From a bacterium (lineage in GTDB: Bacteria; RBG-13-61-14; DATKZS01), in NCBI GenBank assembly GCA_963674965.2, contig CAXXFL010000006.1, forward strand, positions 832,001-896,000: a stretch of DNA of 64,000 nucleotides, written 5' to 3'. The notes under the pieces were generated by a model. The model made no database searches, was not told the origin of the DNA, and saw nothing but the letters and a program-made list of their open reading frames with translations. The translations under genes were made by a program, and so were the position numbers. Positions 27,121 through 37,217 of the stretch are shown here, piece by piece. Numbering within the stretch: position 1 is the stretch's first letter; the number at the start of each line of letters is the position of its first letter.

Positions 27121-29894
27121 CAATATTTCTCGATGCTTACTTTCCCGCCAAGACCAAGGTCGTCCAAGGTCTGCAATATATCAGATTCAATATTGCCAGC
27201 CTGCAATGATGAAACAGTAAGGGAAATATCTAGCCCTATTCTAAGTTCTGAACCTTGCTTGAGCTTTGGAATAAGCTTGGTTCCGAGGCGGTTCCACACC
27301 TCGGGTGGTACTGATCCAGTTAAGTGGATCGAAACACTTTGAGGCTCTGTCCCAGGCGTTTCAAGCTCTCCAGCAGGGGTAGCGGTCTCTGTTTCAGAAA
27401 CCGGATGTTCAGGTTTGGGCGGTTCCTCTGGCACTACAGCCTGCCCATTTTTAAGTGCATCCGCCTTGTCTTTTTTCAAAAGAAAAATATTGGGATCGAA
27501 TGAGACCTCATCGGTCGAAATCATTTCTTTGAACCAAAGCCGCTCATAACTTCCATCCGCCTTTTTTCCTGAAGCCAAGCCGAAATCACCGGCGTCAACG
27601 AACTCAACGACCTTTCTTCTTAGTACGGCATCAGGATCGAGAAGCCTTGTCATGGCACCCGTCAGAAATGCCTGCCGCAGACTGGCAAGAGGCCACTCTC
27701 CTGAGTCCTTAAGTGCGGGTGGCCAATGTCTGTCTATGTAACCAGCTCCAACCCCTACGTTTAGAAGATCACGAGAGCGCAAAGCAGTCACTATCTTATC
27801 GCTTACGCTCTTGGCTTCACTGGAGTGTCCTTCCCCTAGGTCAATAACACGAAGCCCATCGGACTCTCCCGTATCAGCGATGACAAGGAAACGATATCCG
27901 CTCCATATCTCATCCATCGCGTCTTCTTTTATATCTCGGACCTTGACGGCTATTTCCGTCTTGTCTGCCTTGTCATAATCAGCACCCAAGGTCCCGTCCT
28001 TCACTTCCCGTTCAACCCTTCGCCAGGCTAGCCACAACTCGACCTTTTCCCTTAACTGGCGACCAGGACGTTTGAGGCACCAGATAAGTGCGCCGGGATA
28101 TAAACGATTTTCCTTGCCGCGCTTTATCATCCACTCGCGAACTTTCTCACGTAGCGGGCCATCTCCCGTCCATTCGAGATCAGGCTCCATTACCAGCAAA
28201 GTCAATTTGGGCGTGTCGCCTACCGTGCTCCCGTCTTCCGGGAAAAGAATCGGCAAAGCCCCATCCTTTTGAAATACTTCCTTGACCAATTCTCGCATCG
28301 TCGGTTTTATCTCGCTGTCTTCATCAAGAGATGCCTTTCGGTCACTCACCGCTTTCTTGATGTTGGCCTTGTGGAAAATCTTATAACCATCAGTCCCGGC
28401 CTTGCTTACGAAGAACCCCTTGCTCTCAAGCGCCATAGCCGCGTTGTCAATTGAAGTAGTCTCGATACGAGGCTCGCCCAAGGCGAAACGCAGTTCCGGC
28501 AGTCTGGCAACCTTGTCTGACTGGCCTCCACAGCATTCAAAAAAGATCGCTGTTCCGGCCCGGCGGTGGATGTCGAGAAGCGCTCCGCTGGTGTCCATGT
28601 CGAGCGCCCGGGCGTGGCTGTGCTTCCCTGACACGTCGGTCTCGATGGCAGTCGAGAGCCTGTTTTCCCCTGCTTGGCCTAGCACCACCGCTCTGAACTG
28701 CGGCTCATCAAGCGGTGCTGACCCCAATGTAATAAGTGATTCCTTCCTGGCCCGCTGATAGCCTTCCTGGTACGCGCAGGAAATCCATTGCGCCAGCATG
28801 GCCAATGTGCCCCTGGTCTGCTGATAATGAGGTAGCGCCTGCCACTTTCTCTGGAACACCGATAGCGTGGCGGGATGGAACGGATAACAAGTCTCGAATC
28901 GTTCTTTTAGAAATTCCTTTGCCTTCGACTCTGTGGTGGCCGTATCAACCGCTGTCCACTCAGACGGAAGTTGCGCACGGCGGTCAAAGCACCACTCGGC
29001 ATATTCTCTGGCGACCTTGGATCTGGCCTTGTCCGGCCCCAAATCTTCGAACAGGCGCTTGCGGATAACTTCGCTTATCTCGGCCTCGTCGTTAGCAAAC
29101 AGGTCCTTGGCCACTCGGTTGACCGCCTTGGTAATTCGATCTTGCCACTGCATGTCCCAGTCGGTCATTTCGATTTTGCTCCGAGGCAACGAGATGACCG
29201 CCGCACCCTCTTCAAAGCCAGTCATGGCCCGGACCACGTTGTCGATGAAGGAATAAAACGGTTCCGCCATGTCCCGGTGTCGGTTCAGAAAGTTCAAAAC
29301 CTCATCAAAAAGGATGAGCACCGGGGCGTTGGCTTTTTTGAATACCTTTATCAGGGCGTCCGTGCCCGGCGGCGCGGTCTTGGCTTTCGAACCCAAGGCT
29401 TCTACCCCTTCGGCCCCGGCAAGCTGTCTGGCTAGGTCAATCCAGGGGGTTTCCTTACCCTTTTCCGGGTCCCAGGCATTGCCCACGAAAACGGCAACCT
29501 TGGCCTTGGGCACCTTGGTGATCCCGGCCTGGCTTATAAGGTTGTCCACGCCAGGATATTTTTCTGACTTGCCGCCATTGCTGGTCAAATGATATAGAGC
29601 GGTCAGGGTATGGGTCTTGCCCCCGCCAAACTGAGTGACTAAAGACAGGACCGGAGGGCTGTTCAGGGTCTGTCCGCCCAGCCTTCTCAGCACCATGCCC
29701 GCATACTCGTTTAGAGCGCGGGTAAAACATGTCCGGGAGAAAAACTGCTTGGGGTCTTTGTAATCGTCCGGCGCAGTCCCGGCCACCACCTGCTCAAGCG
29801 CGATAGCGAACTCGTCCGGGTCAAAAGACCGGCCTTCCCGGACTTCTTTGCGAGGGGTTACCAGTTTGTACCAAGGGTCCATATAATTCTCCAC
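27120..29894 (-). CDS. DUF499 AAA+ ATPase of a restriction-like (BREX-related) defence system
   Basis: PRKEVREGRSFDPDEFA N-terminus, Walker A TQFGGGKTH, Walker B LILFDE, CYPFHP, QQTRGTL. Confidence 0.9.
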   Translation of the reverse strand: MENYMDPWYKLVTPRKEVREGRSFDPDEFAIALEQVVAGTAPDDYKDPKQFFSRTCFTRALNEYAGMVLRRLGGQTLNSPPVLSLVTQFGGGKTHTLTALYHLTSNGGKSEKYPGVDNLISQAGITKVPKAKVAVFVGNAWDPEKGKETPWIDLARQLAGAEGVEALGSKAKTAPPGTDALIKVFKKANAPVLILFDEVLNFLNRHRDMAEPFYSFIDNVVRAMTGFEEGAAVISLPRSKIEMTDWDMQWQDRITKAVNRVAKDLFANDEAEISEVIRKRLFEDLGPDKARSKVAREYAEWCFDRRAQLPSEWTAVDTATTESKAKEFLKERFETCYPFHPATLSVFQRKWQALPHYQQTRGTLAMLAQWISCAYQEGYQRARKESLITLGSAPLDEPQFRAVVLGQAGENRLSTAIETDVSGKHSHARALDMDTSGALLDIHRRAGTAIFFECCGGQSDKVARLPELRFALGEPRIETTSIDNAAMALESKGFFVSKAGTDGYKIFHKANIKKAVSDRKASLDEDSEIKPTMRELVKEVFQKDGALPILFPEDGSTVGDTPKLTLLVMEPDLEWTGDGPLREKVREWMIKRGKENRLYPGALIWCLKRPGRQLREKVELWLAWRRVEREVKDGTLGADYDKADKTEIAVKVRDIKEDAMDEIWSGYRFLVIADTGESDGLRVIDLGEGHSSEAKSVSDKIVTALRSRDLLNVGVGAGYIDRHWPPALKDSGEWPLASLRQAFLTGAMTRLLDPDAVLRRKVVEFVDAGDFGLASGKKADGSYERLWFKEMISTDEVSFDPNIFLLKKDKADALKNGQAVVPEEPPKPEHPVSETETATPAGELETPGTEPQSVSIHLTGSVPPEVWNRLGTKLIPKLKQGSELRIGLDISLTVSSLQAGNIESDILQTLDDLGLGGKVSIEKY

Positions 29895-29895
29895 A

Positions 29896-30294
29896 TTATG
29901 GATGATGTTCCGTTATTACCACTAATCCTGAAATGCCCTCGAAGTCCCGGGCATTGTGTGTTACCAAGGGACAACCATAAGCCAAGGCCGTTGCAGCAAT
30001 CATTGCATCGTCAACAGCTATAGGTTGGTGCCGGCGTTCAGTTCTTATGCGACCGTAGGTTTCACAGATGCCGGGCGAATATGGAATTACCAGGTAGCTC
30101 TTTAAAGTTTCTCTTAGCTTATTGACGTTGTTTTCTGACCAATTTTTCCTGAAAGCCCCTTCGAACATTTCCCCGACAGTCATGAATGAAATGGCAAGCG
30201 TGTTTCCCTCAAGGTGTTGGCGATACTGCTCCGCGAGAGTATGTCCCTTCATGAGATAGGAGACCACGTTCGTGTCCAATACCAGAGTAGCCAC
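29896..30294 (-). CDS. vapC: PIN-domain (VapC-like) ribonuclease toxin
   Basis: LVLDTNVVS, TVGE, DDAMIAATAL, LVTHNARDF. Confidence 0.92.
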   Translation of the reverse strand: MATLVLDTNVVSYLMKGHTLAEQYRQHLEGNTLAISFMTVGEMFEGAFRKNWSENNVNKLRETLKSYLVIPYSPGICETYGRIRTERRHQPIAVDDAMIAATALAYGCPLVTHNARDFEGISGLVVITEHHP

Positions 30295-30296
30295 GA

Positions 30297-31259
30297 TTAA
30301 GCCTCCCTGTGTTCAAGCCCCTTTGTAAATTGCAAGAACTGATCGAAGTCCTCATCATCAGCCCATAAATCGGAGCCTTTGCCGAGCACGTCTTCAAGTC
30401 TTCCGATAGCCTGGACGCTTTGTTCCGAGGCCAACTGCTCCAGGCTCTTGTCTTGCCAAAAATCTTCAGCGCTTATCCTCTCGAAATCATCGCCCTCCAC
30501 TGTTAATGGTTCAATGTCTTGTATTTTAATGCTAGTAATGCGGCCTGTATCGGGATTTTCTTTTGTCTCTCCCGTAATCCGAACATAGTTCCTAAGATTG
30601 TTACAAACCGTTTCCTCAAGTGACTCATCGAACTCGCATACAATGGGCTCAGCCGCAGGGGGATGAATTCTGCATTTTTCCGAGTTTTGTCTAAAATCGG
30701 CCATCAGAAGACGCCCCTCCACGGTGCGAAGGCTGCTTACCGGGCCGTGTATGCGTTCGATTACTTGACGCTGGACCTCCTGATTATAACTGAAGTTCCT
30801 TTTCAACCGTTGAGTCTTGGACTCGGCTTCTATCTCGGTAATCCCGCGGCCAAGCAGTCCGCCCAACCCTTTGAGGCTTCTAAGCACTCCCGTATCGTAT
30901 CCAGCTGGTAAAGGGCTGCCGTTACTTCCGATCTGGTCGATCCCCTCCAGGAGTTTCTCGACCGCTTCGACTCCCAGGTCCATGGGCTCGAACTGCTCGC
31001 GAGGCAGGTCGAAGCCAATCTCGAAACTCCCCTGGTTCATGGCCACGACTTCGAGCGCGCAGCTTTTCTTTATGTCCTGGGGCCTGCGCCCCGGACGCCC
31101 GCTATCTTGATGCCCGGCCAATACCAATGCGGCCCTCTGCACTGCGGCCTGGACGTTTTTACCTAGAGTGATGAGGTCTTCCAGGGAAATCTTCCCGTTC
31201 TCGGTCGCCGGTCCCTTGGCCCTAATGATCAGGATCGGTTCTGATTTATTTTTAGTCAT
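30297..31259 (-). CDS. Hypothetical protein with an acidic, antitoxin-like C-terminus
   Basis: Directly upstream of the PIN gene; tail DFWQDKSLEQLASEQSV..WADDEDFDQFL resembles small antitoxins that precede PIN genes. Confidence 0.6.
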   Translation of the reverse strand: MTKNKSEPILIIRAKGPATENGKISLEDLITLGKNVQAAVQRAALVLAGHQDSGRPGRRPQDIKKSCALEVVAMNQGSFEIGFDLPREQFEPMDLGVEAVEKLLEGIDQIGSNGSPLPAGYDTGVLRSLKGLGGLLGRGITEIEAESKTQRLKRNFSYNQEVQRQVIERIHGPVSSLRTVEGRLLMADFRQNSEKCRIHPPAAEPIVCEFDESLEETVCNNLRNYVRITGETKENPDTGRITSIKIQDIEPLTVEGDDFERISAEDFWQDKSLEQLASEQSVQAIGRLEDVLGKGSDLWADDEDFDQFLQFTKGLEHREA

Positions 31260-33167
31260 GATTAGTTTCCTCTCTATCTCGGAACGGCTAACAACATTGC
31301 GTCAAGAAGACGTTTTTCTTCGCTCTCCTTAGGATACAACGCCGTGAGCGCGTTTGCGAGGCGCAGGAAATCGGGGCCTCGGTCTATTTCGGCCTTGAGA
31401 TGGGCGCGGAGGGCGTTGGTCTGGCCGGAGGATTGGAGAAGCATGGCAGCATGGATGCGGTCCAGGGTGGTCGCGGCGCGGGTCCGGCTGATGTCCTCTT
31501 CGGAGAGGGCCTGGTCGGAACGCTTTCTTTTGCCTCGCCCTTTTACCTTGGGCGCGATGGGTTCATCCGGGAAGAGATCGAGCTGGCGGGCGCCGGTCCG
31601 GTCTTCCTCTAGGCGAGATGCAACGGCCTGGGCTCCCTCTTTGCCGAATAGCTGTTTGGCCCGGTCCTTTACCGGGATCAGGCGAACCACGCCCTTCTCG
31701 GTCTTGATGACCCGGTCTTCCCATTCCTCCAGGTGGATGCCAAGAGGCTGGGCAAAACGGCGGACCACGTCGAAGATAAGCGAATAGCCCCCGGACTTGG
31801 TTTTTTTGGGGGCTTCATCCTCTTCGTCCACCTCATCGTCATCATCGGTCCCGGCTTTTGCGGCTTTTCCGTTGTCGCCACCGTTGGTGGCCTGGAGGGT
31901 CCATAGGAACAGGGCGGTGAGACGGGCGTCTTCCTCCACGGCCCCGGCTGCTCCCGCTGTGTTGGTGGCCTTGCCCTCGGCCGCGCCCAACACCTGCTCA
32001 AGCGCGATCCTGCCTACAACCTCCCACACCTTCATCAGGTAGTCAGCAAGCTCGACCTTCTTGCCTTCGGCGGTTTCGACCCTCTCATATCGGGAATAAA
32101 TTTCCAGGGCAGGGCCAATACAGGCGAACACAAGGTCCGCGCCCCGCACGCCCTCGTTCTGTAACCGCTCCATCCAGTCCCGCACCCGAGGAGTCAATTC
32201 ACGAAGGACATTTCCCCAATCGCCAATACCAGCGTCTTCTGAACGGGGACGGCAAACAAGATGGACACTTGTTGCAAGAGCGGCAGAGTCACGTGATCTA
32301 AGCCGATTTGGTCTTTCTGTTGCTACTGGCCATGATGCAGTTATCACCCATCCTCCTTTTATTACTCCTGATAAAAGTGCTTCCCATCCTTCTGTTGTCT
32401 TATGGGCAAATACGATTGACCCAATACCTTCACTGTTAAGTACTCTACTACCCTCTTTAAATACGACTGACATTTGGCTTTCAAAAAAATCACGATCTTT
32501 TGGGCGACCCTCAAAATCTCTTGTCTCGTCCTGGACAATTTCATTTGTCTTGGGGGAAAGAGTATTTGATTGATCAAATGGATCGCGAAGCAAATCTTTA
32601 TCGGGCACGGTTCGTTTGAGCCATGCAAAGAAGAAATCCGACAAATCAGAATAAGGCACTGCATCATAATATGGAGGATCAGTAAACCAAATGGATGCAC
32701 TTTTATCTGGCAGGGGAGAAATCCTTGCATCCGAACACTCAGCTTGCCCAGGAAATGGCAAAGGGACAAAATCCTGAACCGCTTGTGACTTTACACCTAA
32801 ACCATGTAGGAAGCTACCGGTCGAATCAGAAAGTACAGCAGCTTCAGCAAAATCCCATAACATTGGAAGAGCTTGTCTTCCGAATACTCCGAGAATAGTT
32901 TCCATATATGGCTCTGGGCTCCACCTACAAAGAGTTGAATTCCTCTCTACCGTATGATTAAGCATGAGAGACAATAAATTACCTGTTGATCTTGATTTTT
33001 GCCCTTCATGCCAAATTAGTTCTGCGAGCACTTTCAACGCGATATTCTGTCTCGCTGAAAACAAGTCTCCCCATTGGAGCATGCCATATCTCTGCACCCT
33101 GAATCCAAGAGTCCCAATAGGGGGCAACGGAATGTGTCAAGCAAAATGAGACACGCCTTTCCTGAAT

Positions 33168-34184
33168 TTAGTGTGGCAAACTGTTTATTTCCTCCGGTTT
33201 CGCCGGTGGGTTGATCCACGCTTTGCCGGGCAACTCCGGCGCCGTCGGCGGTCTTTTCACGAAGCGCTCCGGTTTTTTTTCATAGGCGTGGTCGAGCGTT
33301 TTTTGCCTGGCGGCCACGATCTCGCTCGCCATTCCGTAATGGACCATCTCGGGCGTCATCAGGCCGATCCCGGTGTGCCGATGCTCGCGGTTGTACCAAT
33401 CGAAAAACTTCACGCAAAAGGCCCTGGCGTCCTCGATGGAGCCGAACCGGCTCGGGAACTCGGGCCGGTACTTCATGGTCTTGAACTGGCTTTCCGAGTA
33501 GGGGTTGTCGTCGGACACGTGGGGCCGCGAGTGGCTCTTGGTCACGCCCAGGTCGGCCATCAAGAAGGCCACCGGCTTTGATTTCATCGAACTCCCCCGG
33601 TCGGCGTGGATGGTGAGTTGTCCCGGCTCGATCCCCTGTTTTCGGATGCTGTCCCCGATCAGGCGGCGGGCCAGCTCCGCGCTCTCGCGTCCGGCGATCA
33701 TCCATCCCACCACGCAGCGGCTGAAGATGTCCATGATCACGTAGAGTTGGTAGCAGGTCCATTTGGCCGGTCCCTTGAGCTTGGTGACGTCCCAGGACCA
33801 GACCTGGTTGGGGGCCTCGGCCAGCAACTCGGGTTTTTTGTATCGGGGACGCCGAAGCTGGTTGCGCCGCTCCCTGACTTCCTTTTCCGAGTCGAGGACG
33901 CGGTACATGGTGCGGACCGAGCACAGCCATGTCCCCTCGTCCAGGAGCGTTGCCCAGACCTCGCGGGGGGCCTTGTCGGCAAAGCGCTCGGAGTGGAGTC
34001 CGTCCAGCACCCGGCGCCGCTCGTCCTCGCTCAACGACCTTGCCGGCTTGGCCGCGCGCCTCGGCGGCGGAGGCCCGAAGGGAATTTTAGCGCGACGATT
34101 AAACGTTGCTCGCGACAGGCCCAGGGCCTCGCAGGCGGCCTTGGCGCCGACCCGGGGAGCGGCCGTGCTTGCCGATTCCATCAT
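33168..34184 (-). CDS. IS3-family transposase OrfB (rve/DDE)
   Basis: PNQVWSWDVT, MDIFSR, IHADRGS, DNPYSESQFKTMK. Confidence 0.93.
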   Translation of the reverse strand: MMESASTAAPRVGAKAACEALGLSRATFNRRAKIPFGPPPPRRAAKPARSLSEDERRRVLDGLHSERFADKAPREVWATLLDEGTWLCSVRTMYRVLDSEKEVRERRNQLRRPRYKKPELLAEAPNQVWSWDVTKLKGPAKWTCYQLYVIMDIFSRCVVGWMIAGRESAELARRLIGDSIRKQGIEPGQLTIHADRGSSMKSKPVAFLMADLGVTKSHSRPHVSDDNPYSESQFKTMKYRPEFPSRFGSIEDARAFCVKFFDWYNREHRHTGIGLMTPEMVHYGMASEIVAARQKTLDHAYEKKPERFVKRPPTAPELPGKAWINPPAKPEEINSLPH

Positions 34185-34720
34185 TCGCTCTCTTCGCCGG
34201 GCGGCTTGGCCAGGGGTATCCCCAGCAGATCGGCAACTTTTTTTTGGAAGTCGATTATCATCTCGGCCTGTTCGAGCCGCTTTTGGAGCTTCCCGTTCTC
34301 GCGCTCGAGGCGGGCCACTTCATCGGCCAGCGGGTTTTTGGCCTTGGGCTTGCGGCCCCGCTTTACGGGCGAAAGCGCTTTCAAGGCCCCCTCGTCCCGC
34401 TGCTTGCGCCAGGCCGTCAGGTGCGACGAATAAAGGCCCTCCCGGCGCAGCAGGGCGCCGACCTCGCCATGCCCCGAGCAGGCGTCGGCCTTCCCGAGGA
34501 TTGCGAGCTTGTAAGCCGCGGTGAAGCGCCGCCGGGCGGGCTTTTCCGGGACCTCCGGCTCGGGAAGAATGATCGGCGCCCCCACCCGCTCGGGCCGCTT
34601 GGCAGGAGTGTCCTCCGGCTCGGCCGTCCCGGTTGGGGAGACTCCGGTCGCCCTACGGGCTCCCTCCGTCTCCCCAACAATCCCTGCCTTCTTCCTGTCT
34701 TCATCCATCTCTCTATACAT
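34181..34720 (-). CDS. IS3-family OrfA (HTH)
   Basis: RRRFTAAYKLAIL..GALLRREGLYSSHL..W; an A8G run at 34237-34245 whose -1 frame is open into orfB. Confidence 0.88.
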   Translation of the reverse strand: MYREMDEDRKKAGIVGETEGARRATGVSPTGTAEPEDTPAKRPERVGAPIILPEPEVPEKPARRRFTAAYKLAILGKADACSGHGEVGALLRREGLYSSHLTAWRKQRDEGALKALSPVKRGRKPKAKNPLADEVARLERENGKLQKRLEQAEMIIDFQKKVADLLGIPLAKPPGEESE

Positions 34721-35956
34721 CCTAATACCTCCCCCGCCCTACAGTAATTTAACATAGGGGAAGTGTCTCATCTACGTTGGCACAGAGGGCAAAGGCTCAT
34801 CCGGTATAGGCGACAACCCATTCGGGAGTTTTTCTTTCGAGATTTTCTCAAGCCTTTTTGTCGCTTTCCATATAGCTTTATAATCCCGATCATCAGGCAA
34901 GCGATAATGTCGGCCCTTCTCACCGGGTTTTAGTGTAACCACTGCCAGGAGTCTTGCGCCACCAGTCCGTTTACCTTTGCCGTTGAAAATTGTGTCGGCT
35001 CCTCCTCGTTGTTCCGATAGCTGTGCCCGGACCCGGTCTGGCTGAAGGACGGAGCCGCAGGCCAGGCATTTGGCTTTTGCCCTGCTAACGGTTCCAGAGG
35101 GAATTTCAGAGTCTTTTTTCGGCTCGAAAATCTCGAACTCGATCTCGGGCGGTCCCTTTTTAGGCTTTACTACTTTATATTTCAAGGCCCGTTTGCGCTT
35201 TGGTTTCTTGCAGAGCCAGAAGGACCGCATGAGCGGGATTTCGGCTCCACAATTGGGGGCCTCGCATTTGACGGTCCTCGCCCATAGGTAGGCGATAGGC
35301 TTGGCCCCGTCCGGGTCGTCGGGGTAGAACTCCTTGAGTTCTTTTTCAGCCTTTTCCTTGATCTCCTGTCCGACCTTCCGGAGTTCATCGGCCAGTTCGG
35401 GTCCGTGCCGGGGAATATCCTCCAGCAAGACCTTTTGGATAAGGCATGCCACGGGATTGAGGTCAGAGGCAAAGGCATCACACCCAAGACGCAGGGCCTC
35501 AAGAGGGATCGAGCCTCCACCGGCGAAAGGGTCCACCACCAGGGGAGTCTCGTCCGGGTGAGCGGCCTTGACCAACGCTCTTCCGCAGGCAAGATAGTCC
35601 GGGTCCGAAGAGTTGTCCCAGTTGGCGAAGTCACCAATGAACTTTAGCAGGACTTTTCTCAGGCCCTCGTCCTTTTTAACATCCTTGCTCCATGACGCAG
35701 GCCCTATGGGCAGTCCAACAGCGCCTTTCTCGCCCCTTCCTTGAACGCTTCCGGGCACTCGGGATCGCAAGGGTCCGGCAGCAACAGCCCCATCAACACG
35801 GCCCGACAAGCCGCCAGCGGCCTCCTCGCCCACCACAGATGCAGCGTGGAAGGATGCCCATGCCTGATCGACTTCTCCCTCGCCGAATGCCTCGACACCT
35901 CGGCAATCGGAAAATCCACCTCAATCAGTCTTTTGCATTCTTTGGGGATCAAATCA

Positions 35957-37201
35957 CTACTCCCGCCGCCCACTTGCCATTACCGCGTCGGATTCACTGA
36001 CCAATCTGGTATCTCTCAGGGCCTCCATAACTCTTCTCATGAATTTCTCGTCTCGCAAGGATTCATAAGTAACGTCTTTAAAAACGACTTTTATCTCCAT
36101 GTTTTTAGCCGTTCTCCCCGCTTTTATAAATTCATAATTGATATCACAAACAAGAAAATCTTCAATATCCTTTTCCGAGATAATATCGCCCCGCAATCTG
36201 ATATATTTGTCGGGAGGGTTCTGCTTCACGGCCGGTAGCAGGGCTTTGGTCAATGCATCGACATTTTTTTTCACGTGGTCCTTAAGAATATTCTTAATCC
36301 CCTCCTGAAAAGCCTCGACCTCATTTTTTAACTTATCGACTTCTTCCTCGAACTTTTCCTTGTTTACGCGGAGGATAATATTGCCATAATTGGCAATGGG
36401 TACAAGATACCTATCGGCGATTTCTTTCCTGTGGTCCATCAGGGATTTCTCGGATATCTTTTTCCCGTTTTTTTCAATGACGAGGTCCGATTGCTCCACG
36501 AGATTAAAGTGGGCCTGGAACTGACTCTTAATTTCCTTTTCCCTTGCCAATCCTACAAGATCGCTGGGGATGGGTACCCTTTTCCGAGATATGTTACATC
36601 CGGTCATGGTGAACTCGACAAACTGGAACTTCGATGTATAAATCCTTATCTGGCGAGCAAGATCGAATTTTAAAGGAGGGCTTTGTTGGAGGTCGGCCTC
36701 GACGGCTTTTATCCTTTTCGCGTCCACCGGAGTAGCCTCAGATATGCTCCGACTCCTGGAGTCTTCATCCAATCTAATCTCCGACGAAAGGCCCGCGGGA
36801 GTCTCTCCAATTATTATTGCATTGGGACGCTCTTGATTGGTTGATCCCGCCTCAATCAAGAGTGGGGTGGGACTGTAAATAAGAGTTGTGTTGTCGCAGA
36901 TGAGGACGCCAATCCTGATGCCGGGCTGATGATAGACTGTTGTGCCCATTTTATTTGCCGCGTCGTTTAATACTTGCAGCCCTTCAAGAGTGCCGTAACC
37001 AAGTCGGCACACTTCAGGGTCAATATCAATAATAACTTGAACCGCTTCTCCGCGATTTAAGCGAAACCAAGCCTCATGGATTGCTGTTGCTACCGGCTCT
37101 GACACGCCCGGCGCCATGTAGAAGACCATATCTCGAGCGGTCTTTATCAGGCTGATAATAAGGTCGTCATCGACATTGGTTATTGCGGGTCCGTTTCCCA
37201 T
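35957..37201 (-). CDS. Hypothetical protein in the defence operon; possible degenerate PLD-like N-terminus plus coiled coil
   Basis: Co-oriented between helicase and methylase; [21 protein letters not shown] pattern without a canonical HKD. Start placed at the ATG following GGAG. Confidence 0.65.
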   Translation of the reverse strand: MGNGPAITNVDDDLIISLIKTARDMVFYMAPGVSEPVATAIHEAWFRLNRGEAVQVIIDIDPEVCRLGYGTLEGLQVLNDAANKMGTTVYHQPGIRIGVLICDNTTLIYSPTPLLIEAGSTNQERPNAIIIGETPAGLSSEIRLDEDSRSRSISEATPVDAKRIKAVEADLQQSPPLKFDLARQIRIYTSKFQFVEFTMTGCNISRKRVPIPSDLVGLAREKEIKSQFQAHFNLVEQSDLVIEKNGKKISEKSLMDHRKEIADRYLVPIANYGNIILRVNKEKFEEEVDKLKNEVEAFQEGIKNILKDHVKKNVDALTKALLPAVKQNPPDKYIRLRGDIISEKDIEDFLVCDINYEFIKAGRTAKNMEIKVVFKDVTYESLRDEKFMRRVMEALRDTRLVSESDAVMASGRRE

Positions 37202-37217
37202 TGATTCCACCCCCGAT

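Larger units (their letters stand above)
33128..34786 (-). mobile_element. IS3-family insertion sequence, 1,659 bp
   Basis: Imperfect IRs TGTGTCAAGCAAAATGAGACAC / TGTGCCAACGTAGATGAGACAC; GGGCAA repeated at 33122-33127 and 34787-34792; orfA plus orfB. Confidence 0.92.
31274..35952 (-). pseudogene. DUF1156 adenine methyltransferase interrupted by a 1-nt frameshift (~35707) and an IS3-family insertion
   Basis: Three fragments: [37 protein letters not shown] (motif I) with C-x-C pairs; FTDPPYYD (motif IV). Removing the IS and one GGGCAA copy restores PDEPLPPIGTLGFRVQRYGM. Confidence 0.9.
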
